DNA of 44,333 nucleotides, from assembly GCA_038087875.1 (NCBI GenBank), contig JAXLNO010000469.1:62001-106333 (forward strand), written 5' to 3'. Of this stretch, positions 35,068 through 44,333 are shown in pieces. Under the pieces are notes generated by a model. It made no database searches. It was not told the origin of the DNA and saw only the letters and a list, made by a program, of their open reading frames with translations. Position numbers and translations under genes: made by a program. The DNA comes from Malacoraja senta (Eukaryota). The first letter of the stretch is position 1; each line of letters starts with the position of its first letter.

Positions 35068-35546
35068 AGGGGCTGTCCCACTACGGCGACCTAATCCGTG
35101 ACTTTAGAAGAGTTTGCCCTTGACTCGTACTCGCGGCATGGTCGACACGAGGTCCTAGGAGGTCTTTGTAACTCTCCTTCGTGCTCGAGAGTAGTCCCCG
35201 CGTACTCGAGGCCTCAGCTAGGTCGCCGCGTATTTTTCAACATGCTGAAACATGCCCGCGAGTAAAAAAGGTCGCCATGGAAAAAATCTATATATTTTTT
35301 TCTCGGTGGTTTAGTCGAAGTAGGTCGTAGTAGGTCGGCATGTTATTTGTAGGTAATCGAGGGTAATCGAATGTAGTCGTAGATAGTCTTCAACATAGTC
35401 GAAGGAGGTCGTCTTCACTCTCCACTATTCGGTGTCCAATTTTCCCAAAGTTAGTCATCAACATAGTCGAAGGAGGTCTTCAACATGACACTTTTTTCAA
35501 ACTCTTCTAAACACGCCAATTAGGTCGCCGCAGTGGGACAGCCCCT
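35068..35546. mobile_element. PIF/Harbinger-like MITE inserted into a SINE
   Basis: 28-bp TIRs AGGGGCTGTCCCACTACGGCGACCTAAT / ATTAGGTCGCCGCAGTGGGACAGCCCCT (1 mismatch); TAA/TTA flanks; splits the SINE sequence CACTGTAA|GGCAGCAACTC. Confidence 0.82.
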
Positions 35547-35588
35547 TTAGGCAGCAACTCCCCTTGTCCCGCTCCCTCACCTGACATC

Positions 35589-35622
35589 GGTCTGAAGAAG
35601 GGTCTCGACCCGAAACGTCGCC
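35589..35622 (+). ncRNA. Minimal hammerhead ribozyme motif, intact core, sense in ILF2 intron 4
   Basis: GGT-CTGAAGA-A-GGGT CTCG ACCC-GAAACGTC-GCC. Confidence 0.7.
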
Positions 35623-35778
35623 AATTCCTTCTCTCCATAGACGCTGCCTCACCTGCTGAGTTACTCCAGCATTTTGTGTCTACCTTCGACTTACCAGCAT
35701 CTGCAGTTCTTTCTTACACATCCTGCTATTGCAAATCTCTGGTGTTGCTCTTCCAGTGACAATGTTGTTGTTTTCTAG

Positions 35779-35874
<96 letters not shown>

Positions 35875-35891
35875 TGACGTTCGGCCAATGA

Positions 35892-36065
<174 letters not shown>

Positions 36066-36350
36066 TAAACTAATCGAGAGACCGTCATTGAATGAATACG
36101 TTTATTGGCCAAGTATATTCACATACAAGGAATTTGCCTTGGTGCTCTGCCCGCAAGTGACAACATGACACACAGTGACAGTTAGGAATGAAACATAAAA
36201 CATTAAACATTAATAATAAAACATTATCGATTAAACATGTGAATGAAATAAAATACCAGACCAAAAGGAGGCTGCAGATTTTTGGTTATTGACAGTTATT
36301 GTCCATTTGTTGAATAGATAATTATACCTAATTATATTAAGTATAATTAT

Positions 36351-36634
36351 CAGTGGCGCAGCAGTAGAGCTACTGCCTCACAGCGCCGTAGACCCGGGTT
36401 TGATCCTGACTTTGGGTGCTGTCTGTGCGGAGTTTGTACGTTCTCCCCATGACCTGCGTGGGTTTTCTCCGAGATCTTCGGTTTTCTCCCACACTCCAAA
36501 GACGTGCAGATTTGTAGGTTAATTGGCTTGGTATAAATGTAAATGATCCCTAGTGTGGGTTTAGGATAGTGTTGATAGACGGGGATCGCTGGTCGATGCG
36601 GACTGTTTTCCGCGCTGTATCTCTAAACTAAACT
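36351..36634 (+). mobile_element. tRNA-derived V-SINE-like element, near full length
   Basis: A-box CAGTGGCGCAGCAGTAGAG, B-box GGTTTGATCC, V-like domain, tail CTGTATCTCTAAACTAAA. Confidence 0.82.
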
Positions 36635-37400
36635 ATTATCTGAATGGTGGCCGATTAGGAAAAGGGGAGATGCAACGAGACCTGGGTGTCATGGTACACC
36701 AGTCATTGAAAGTAGGCATGCAGGTGCAGCAGGTAGTGAAGAAAGCGAATGGTATGTTAGCATTCATAGCAAAAGGCTTTGAGTATAGGAGCATGGAGGT
36801 TCTACTGCAGTTGCACAGGGCCTTGGTGAGACCACACCTGGAGTATTGTGTACAGTCTTGGTCTCCTATTCTGAGGAAATACATTCTTGCCATAGAGGGA
36901 GTACAGAGAAGGTTCACCAGACTGATTCCTGGGATGGCAGGACTTTCATATGAAGAAAGACTGGATAGACTCAGCTTGTACTCGCTAGAATTTAGAAGAT
37001 TAAGGGGGGATCTTATAGAAACTTACAAAATTCTTAAGGGTTTGGACAGGCTGGATGCAGGAAGATTGTTCCCGATGTTAGGGAAGTCCAGGACAAGGAG
37101 TCACAGTTTAAGGATAAGGGGGAAATCTTTTAGGACCGAGATGAGAAAAACATTTTTCACACAGAGAGTGGTGAATCTGAGGAATTCTCTGCCACAGAAG
37201 GTAGTTGAGGCCAGTTCATTGGCTATATTTAAGAGGGAGTTAGATGTGGCCCTTGTGGCTAAAGGGATCAGGGGGTATGGAGAGAAGGCAGGTACAGGAT
37301 ACTGAGTTGGATGATCAGCCATGATCATATCGAATGGTGGTGCAGGCTCGAAGGGCCGAATGGCCAACTCCTGCACCTATTTCCTATGTTTCTATGTTTC
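36635..37400 (+). mobile_element. CR1 LINE 3' fragment with open C-terminal ORF (young)
   Basis: 211-aa ORF 36670-37305, RDLGVMVH...VRPHLEYCVQ...[10 protein letters not shown]. Confidence 0.92.
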
Positions 37401-37920
37401 AGGCAGTGTCTTTGAGAAAACAGCACGGTCACAAAATACTTAACAGTAAATGTTTCATAAGGCGGTTATCTATTTCAGCATGCCGTGCTGTTATCTAAGT
37501 CAGGGATGAGGATAAAGCGTTTAGCTCTGTAGGGGTTCTCAGTCTCTCGTAATAATCCTGCTGTGGTAACAATTAGCTTCAAGATAACCCCGGAGTTTCA
37601 GCTCTCTTGATCTTGCGTACTGGAGTTAATTGCTCTGTGTAACATTTGCTGCTTGAATACATTGTTCGAGCTCTTAGCTTCTGTTATTAATCCCCTTTGA
37701 CGTAATTTGCATTTACTGTATCCATCTCTGACATGTAATGTTGGGGAAATTGCAAGGCGTACAATCTGGTTAATCTCTCTGCAGCTCATTCACTTGATGT
37801 TTAGGTTTCATTCCTGCTGCTGTTTATCATTCTCCTTTCGTGGAGTTGTATCTTTCGACCAAAACTAGATCTTTTACAGGGATCAGTACTGGAGAAGCCC
37901 AGCAAATTTGTCGGGGTTTT

Positions 37921-38470
37921 AGACACAAAGTACTGGAAGTAACTCAGCGGGTCAGGCAGCATCTGTGGAGAACATGGATAGGTGACGTTTCACAGAGTGC
38001 TGGAGTAACTCAGCGGGTCAGGCAGCATCTGTGGAGAACATGGATAGGTGACGTTTCACAGAGTGCTGGAGTAACTCAGCGGGTCAGGCAGCATCTGTGG
38101 AGAACATGGATAGGTGACGTTTCACAGAGTGTTGGAGTAACTCAGCGGGTCAGGCAGCATCTGTGGAGGACATGGGTAGGTGACGTTTCACAGAGTGCTG
38201 GAGTAACTCAGCGGGTCAGGCAGCATCTGTGGAGAACATGGATAGGTGACGTTTCACAGAGTGTTGGAGTAACTCAGCGGGTCAGGCAACATCTGTGGAG
38301 GACATGGGTAGGTGACGTTTCACTGAGTGCTGGAGTAACTCAGTGGGTCAGGCAGCATCTGTGGAGAACATGGATAGGTGACGTTTCACAGAGTGCTGGA
38401 GTAACTCAGCGGGTCAGGCAGCATCTGTGGAGGACATGGGTAGGTGACGTTTCACAGAGTGCTGGAACTA
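37921..38470 (-). repeat. 66-bp tandem array (8 copies) of a Penelope terminal-repeat segment containing GAAACGTC
   Basis: GTAACTCAG anchor at 37939, 38005, 38071, 38137, 38203, 38269, 38335, 38401. Confidence 0.95.
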
Positions 38471-38875
38471 ACTCAGCGGGTGAGGCAGCATCTATGGAGC
38501 GAAGGAATAGGTGATGTTTTGGGTCGAGACCCTTCTTCAGACTGATGTGGGGGTGTAGGGGGGTGGCGGGAAGAAGATAGGAAGAGACGGAGACAGTGGG
38601 CTGTGGGAGAGCTGGGAAGGGGAGGGGAAGGAAGGAGAAAGCAGGGACTACCTGAAATTGGCGAAGTCAATGTTAATACCGTTGGGGTGTAAACTGCCCA
38701 AGCAAAATATGAGGTGCTGCACCTCCAATTTACAGTGGGACTCACTCTGGCCATGGAGGAGGCCCAGGACAGAAAGGTCGGATTGGGAATGGGAGGGGGA
38801 GTTGAAGTGTTGAGCCACAGGGAGATCAGGTTGGTTATTGCGAACTGAGCGGAGGTGTTGGGCAAGGCGATCACA
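38470..38875 (-). mobile_element. Penelope-like element 3' end: GIY-YIG endonuclease C-terminus, 3' UTR and degenerate hammerhead (38513-38540)
   Basis: Minus frame 38872->38648 reads DRLAQHLRSVRNNQPDLPVAQHFNSPSHSQSDLSVLGLLHGQSESHCKLEVQHLIFCLGSLHPNGINIDFANFR*, with the R..EH / PVA.HF / E...I..L.L.P.G.N pattern of PLE endonucleases. Confidence 0.85.
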
Positions 38876-39199
38876 GTACAGGCGAAGCCTGGCAAATTCG
38901 TCACAAAGTACTGGAAGTAACTCAGCAGGTCAGGCAGCATCTGTGGAGGAAATAGAGTCATACAGCGTGTAAACAGGTCCTTGCCCGCGATGACAAACAC
39001 CAGTCTCGCCTGTGTCGGAAGGAATTGCAGATAGACACAAAATGCTGGAGTAACTCAGCAGGACAGGCAGCATCTGGAGAGAAGGAATGGGTGACAATTC
39101 GGGTCGAGACCCTTCTTCAGACTGGAGTGAAAACTGGACAACCTCTCCACATCCTCACCAGTCTGAAGAAGAGTGATGGACTGCCCAGTCCATCAACGG

Positions 39200-39298
39200 C
39201 TCTGACCTCCCTACCATCGAGGGGATCTATCGCAGTCGCTGCCTCAAAAAGGCAGCCAGCATCATCAAGGATCCACACCATCCTGGCCCCCCACTCAT
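39200..39298 (+). mobile_element. Rex1/Babar-like LINE fragment
   Basis: LPTIEGIYRSRCLKKAASIIKDPHHPG. Confidence 0.65.
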
Positions 39299-39434
39299 CA
39301 CGTAGCGTCTTTCTGGTCGGCCGCTGAATTTTCAACATGCTTCATTCACCCCCTTCCTCTCCCCACAAGTCACTTACACACAAACATCCTCCATCGTCAC
39401 AACTCACTGATCATTGTTTTTCTTTGCCCTGAAG

Positions 39435-39500
39435 TGGAAGCAGTGGCTGCTCTGGGTAACAAAGTGGTGGAGACCCTCCGGACCCAGGAACCTGCTGAGA
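39435..39500 (+). CDS. ILF2: ILF2 exon 7
   Basis: gaAG|TG GAA...GAG A|GTaagt; LEAVAALGNKVVETLRTQEPAE; 66 bp. Confidence 0.96.
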
Positions 39501-39645
39501 GTAAGTGCCGGCTAACTTCTTATAGCTACCCCCTTCCTTGTTTATCTTGTTTTCGTGTCTGGATTTGCTGATTACACGGTGGCGTTTGGGCACCACAGTG
39601 ACGCAGCTGGTAGAGCTGCTGCCTCTCAGCGCCAGAGACCGACCG

Positions 39646-40040
39646 GTCAAGTCAAGGTAATTTTATTTCTATAGCACATTTAAAAACAACTCTCGTTGAC
39701 CAAAGTGCTTTGCATCAGTGCAGGTACTAACGTGCTACATACAGTGGTACATAGATCTAACAATACATACATAGATACATACATACAGCGCTCCCTCAGA
39801 GGACCTCAAGAAAGGCTTGTGAGTAGAAATAAGTTTTGAGTCTAGACTTAAAAGTCGATGGAGGGGGCAGTTCTGATGAGGGGAGGGATGCTGTTCCACA
39901 GTCTAGGTGCTGCAACCGCAAAAGCGCGGTCGCCCCTGAGCTTATGCCTAGACCGCGGGATAGTCAGTAACCCCAAGTTGGCCGATCTGAGGGACCTGGA
40001 GGTAGAATGGTGGGTTAGCAGATTTTTGATGTAGGTGGGA
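39646..40040 (-). mobile_element. L2-clade LINE 3' fragment inserted within a + strand SINE (39588-39645 and 40041-40160)
   Basis: Same family as 27093-27628. The SINE head breaks at GAGACC and resumes at GATCCTGACTACGGGTGCT. Confidence 0.8.
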
Positions 40041-40693
40041 GATCCTGACTACGGGTGCTGTCTGTTGTACGTTCTCCAAGTGCTTCCTCCCACAATCCAC
40101 ACACATACGGGTTTATGGGTTAATTGGGTTCGGGTAAAGTGTCCCCAGTGTGTAGGATAGTTCATGTGATAGGAGCAGAATGAGGCCGTTCAGCCCATCA
40201 AGTCCTCTCTGCCATTCAATCATGGCTGATCTATCTTTCCCTCTTAACCCCATTCTCCTGCCTTCTCCCCATAACCCCTGACACCCGTACTAATCAAGAA
40301 TCTATCCCTGCCTTAATAATATCCACTGACTTGGCCTCCACAGCCTTCTGTGGCAATGGATTCCACAGATTCACCACCCTTTGGCTAAAGAAATTCATTA
40401 CACAATAGGCCCTTCGAGCCAGCACCGCCATTCAATGTGATCATAGCTGATCATTCCCAATCAGTATTCCTCCTCAGCTCCTTCCTACAGGAATGTCCTT
40501 TCATTCTGCGCCCTCTGGTCCTAGCCTCTCCCACTAGTAGAAACATTGTCTCCTCTGTCTAGGCCTTTCACTATTTGTTAATGGTGCTAGTGTGTGGGGA
40601 TGGTTGGTGGGTGGGTTGAAGGGCCTGTTTCCGCGCTGTATCTGTGCATGGTGTTACCGTATTTACAGACTAACGCGTCCATTTTACTTCCAG

Positions 40694-40810
40694 CGCTCAC
40701 CATGATCACCAACGAGACCGGCTTTGAGATCAGTTCCCCGGATGCCACCGTTAAAATTCTGATCACCACTGTACCACCAAACCTACGCAAGCTCGATCCG
40801 GAGCTCCACC
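40694..40810 (+). CDS. ILF2: ILF2 exon 8
   Basis: ccAG|CG CTC...CAC C|GTaagt; [39 protein letters not shown]; 117 bp. Confidence 0.97.
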
Positions 40811-41412
40811 GTAAGTATGCTTGGCTTCCCCGAATCTTTTCCACATCCTCAGCCAGCAGCTTCAGCTTCTGGGATGATGGAACGCAGAGCTGCCTAGTAG
40901 TGCGGATTTTCCGTATTTTGTACGGAAATGCGATCAGAATACGGATGTACGGATTTGCTTTGTAAAATATGTTTTGTTTTTTTAATCGGCCCGACTTCCT
41001 GTTTCATCTCATCTTGCTGCTTAAAAAATGCAAGGATATAAAAAGTCATACTAACTCTAAAAATTATAGCAGATTAAATCTATTAGTATTTTAAATTTCA
41101 AGATCTGGGTGATTATTTTGTAAGTCCCGCTCCAGGTTTAAACAGCGCTGCCAGTTTAGCGTGTTGGAATTTAAACGAACACCGCCATGGGTTCAAATGA
41201 TAGCGTTACCAGCTGGAGCGCTATTGCCTTTACACATAGCGCTATGGCCATAGTGCTATGGGTCACAGACAGTTAGGGGAGGGAGAAGGAGTGAGAGGGA
41301 GGGAGGATATAAGAGAGGGAGGGAGAAAAAAGGATGGAGGGAGGGAAAGAGAGGAAGGAGGGAGAGAGGGAGAGGGAGGCTTCCAAAATGGCTTCCACAT
41401 CATCATCTAGTG

Positions 41413-41757
41413 GGAGGCAGGAAACATGTTCCCGATGTTGGGGGAGTCCAGAACCAGGGGCCACAGTTTAAGAATAAGGAGTAAGCCATTTAGAACAGAG
41501 ACGAGGAAACACTTTTTCTCACAGACAGTGGTGAGTCTGTGGAATTCTCTGCCTCGGAGGGCGGTGGAGGCAGGTTCTCTGGATGCTTTCAAGAGAGAGC
41601 TAGGTAGGGCTCTTAAAAAAATAGCGGAGTCAGGGGATATGGGGAGAAGGCAGGGACGGGGTACTGATTGGGGATGATCAGCCATGATCACATTGAGTGG
41701 CGGTGCTGGCTCGAAGGGTCAAATGGCCTCCTCCTGCACCTATTGTCTATTGTCTAG
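41413..41757 (+). mobile_element. CR1 LINE 3' fragment
   Basis: MFPMLGESRTRGHSLRIR...LWNSLP plus tail. Confidence 0.85.
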
Positions 41758-42119
41758 TGCTAAAAGCAAGAAGCAGCCGTTCAAACAAGTATACAACGAG
41801 ATGGCAATGAATGCACTGTCAAGTAAGGTGCGAAGAAGACGTCAATTGGTAGCAAAGTTATGCATTCTTGTACTCTTACATGGGTATGACCGCACATTAA
41901 AAAAACATTTTTTTCAGCAAAATGGCACCCGCGTAAAAATACTGATTTCCTCAGCAAAATGCTGATTTTCAGGTACTAGAATGCTGAAATGCTGTGACAA
42001 AACGTGGCAGCTCTGCCGCGGTAGTACAGCACAGAAACAGGCCCTTCAGCCCACGATGCCCGTGCTGAACATGGTGTCTGGTATTGTTCTACCAAATTCC
42101 CTAACTACCAACCGAAGAT

Positions 42120-42585
42120 GGGCGCAAAAAGCTGGAGTAACTCAGCGGGTCAGGCAGCATCTCCGGAGAGAAGGAATGTGGGATCTTTCGGGTTCAGACC
42201 CTTCTTCAGACCTCGGGTCTTCTGGTCGGAACCCGAAACGTCACCCGTTCCTTCTCTCCGGCGATGCTGCCTGTCCCACAGAGTTACTCCAGTTTTTTGT
42301 GTCACCCTTCGTTTTAAACCAGCATCTGCAGTTCCTTGGATGCTGGAAAATCGAAGGTAGACGAAAATGCTGGAGAAACTCAGCGGGTGAGGCAGCATCT
42401 ATGAAGCGAAGGAATAGGCGACGTTTCGGGTCGAAACCCTTCTTGAGAAACCCTTCTTCAGAAATAGGCAGTTCCTTCCTACAAATTAATATCTGAAGAA
42501 GGGTCTCGACCCAAAACGTCGCCTATTTCCTTCGCTCCATTGATGCTGCCTCACGCGCTGAGTTTCTCCAGCATTTTTGTCCACC
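42120..42585. mobile_element. Cluster of Penelope-derived termini in alternating orientation, including a 93-bp insertion 42493-42585 with 8-bp TSD
   Basis: Hammerhead-like cores at ~42187-42209(-), ~42231-42242(+), ~42420-42462(-) and 42493-42520(+). ATTAATAT at 42485-42492 and 42586-42593. Confidence 0.75.
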
Positions 42586-42630
42586 ATTAATATTAGAGAG
42601 TCCATTTCTGTGGCTTGAACGAGCGGCTGA

Positions 42631-42762
<132 letters not shown>

Positions 42763-43047
42763 TAAGTCAATGTCGGTTTGCTCCTCTTGGGAAGGGATAT
42801 GTGTGCCGACTTCATCCGAACTATTCTTTGGTCCTGAGCTGGTTCAGGTCCGGAAGCATCCAGCTTCAGGAGCAGCTTCAACCCTGCAGCTATCAGGCTA
42901 TATATGCTGGAATTTAGAAGGATGAGAGTGGATCTGACAACAGTCTATTTTGTCAGAATACAGTCTATTTTGAAGGAAAAAAAGAAGCGGTGGTAAAAAA
43001 GACCCAGCAGCGATTGCACTCCACTTGACCTTTATAACAAGATGAAT

Positions 43048-44115
43048 CGAATATAGGAGCAAAGAGGTCCTTCTGCAGTTGTACAGAGCCCTAGTGAGAC
43101 CACACCTGGAGTATTGTGTGCAGTTTTGGTCCCCTAATTTGAGGAAGGACATTCTTGCTATTGAGGGAGGGCAGCGTAGGTTTACAAGGTTAATTCCCGG
43201 GATGGCGGGACTGTCGTATGCTGAGAGAATGGAGCAGCTGGGCTTGTACACTCTGGAGTTTAGAAGGATGAGAGGGGATCTTATTGAAACATAAGATTAT
43301 TAGGGGATTGGACACACGCTAGAGGCAGGAAACATGTTCCCGATGTTGGGGGAGTCCAGAACCAGGGGCCACACACAGTTTAAGAATAAGGGGTGGGCCA
43401 TTTAGAACGGAGATGAGGAAAAACTTTTTTCACCCAGAGAGTGGTGAGTCTGTGGGATTCTCTGCCTCAGAAGGCGGTGGAGGCCAATTCTCTGGATGCT
43501 TTCAAGAGAGAGTTAGATAGAGCTCTTAAAGATAGCAGAGTCAAGGGATATCGGGAGAAGGCAGGAACAGGGTACTGATTGTGGATGATCACTGAATGGC
43601 GGTGCTGGCTCGAAGGGCCAAATGGCCTACTCCTGCACCTATAGTCTATGAAACACTATGACTTCCAAATAAACTCTGAATCACTAAGATTTGGGGCATT
43701 GTTCTTGTCTTTGCACTATTGGTTTTTGTTGATTTATTTGTCAGCTTTTTTTTAATGTGTCTCTGTGTATGCGTCAGTGTGTGTGGAAGTGGAGATGTTT
43801 CCACTGGTGGGAGAGTCTAGGACCAGACGTCACAGCCTCAGAATTGAAGGGCTTTCTTTTAGAAAGGAGGTGAGGAGGAACTTCTTTAGTCAGAGGGTGG
43901 TGAGTCTGTGGAACACTTTGCCACAGACGGCGGTGGAGGCCAAGTCAGTGGATATTTTTAATGAGCAGAGATAGGCAAATTCTTGATTAGAACGGGTGTC
44001 AAGAGTTATGTGGAGAAGGCAGGAGAATGGGATTAGGAGGGAGAGATAGATCAGCCATGATTGAATGGCGGAGTGGACTCAATGGGCCGAATAGCCTAAT
44101 TCTACTCCTGCAACT
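43048..44115 (+). mobile_element. Two CR1 LINE 3' fragments (43048-43650, 43790-44115)
   Basis: LYRALVRPHLEYCVQFWSP... and MFPLVGESRTRRHSL...LWNTLP. Confidence 0.88.
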
Positions 44116-44333
44116 TGTGTGCTGACCTCATCCAGTATTTTGTACGAACTATGAAATACTACAACCTCCAAATGAACTCTGAACTACAAAGACTTGGGGG
44201 CATTATTTTTGTGCGCGCGCTCTCGTGCGCTTTATTAATTCTGGTGTTTACGGAGTGCCATGTTGACATGTCTGTTGTGCTGCCGGGTCAGACATTCATT
44301 GCTCTGTTTAGTGATGCGGCAGTCGAGTTGCTG

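Noticed and set aside
36351..36420. tRNA gene candidates (A/B boxes), also at 24430-24497, 25910-25972 and 26810-26885
   Set aside because: No complete cloverleaf; each continues into a SINE body.
37840..38514. 224-aa ORF with a 22-aa repeat
   Set aside because: In-frame 66-bp tandem repeat of non-coding PLE terminus; no splice or homology support.
40885..42015. Possible hAT element with CAGAGCTGCC / GGCAGCTCTG ends
   Set aside because: Short TIR match and no target-site duplication found.

Overview
Vertebrate genomic DNA. The CR1/V-SINE/Penelope/Rex1 repeat landscape suggests a cartilaginous fish, probably a skate or ray (inference). From left to right: (1) an 11.2-kb complex (CA)n array with higher-order structure; (2) four + strand exons of natriuretic peptide receptor NPR1 (equivalent to human exons 2-5), three with 1-bp homopolymer frameshifts; (3) a decayed L1-type LINE and a 200-N assembly gap; (4) exon 1 of PMVK on the - strand, head-to-head with ILF2 (ATGs 935 bp apart) across a GC-rich minisatellite that repeats Sp/KLF, CRE-like and SRE-like motifs; (5) ILF2/NF45 exons 1-9 on the + strand, with introns full of CR1, L2, Rex1/Babar, tRNA-SINE and TIR elements. 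The most notable hidden signal is a dispersed family of about 15 Penelope-like retroelement termini carrying a minimal hammerhead ribozyme motif (CTGAnGA-A-GGGT-CTCG-ACCC-GAAACGTC). The family shows a compensatory stem-II variant, ~95-bp TSD-flanked mini-insertions that start at the ribozyme core, a 66-bp tandem array of the cleavage-site half, and direct linkage to a GIY-YIG endonuclease C-terminus. The giant His/Thr and Cys/Val ORFs are microsatellite artefacts. Gene identities rest on remembered human protein sequences and exon sizes, not on a database search.
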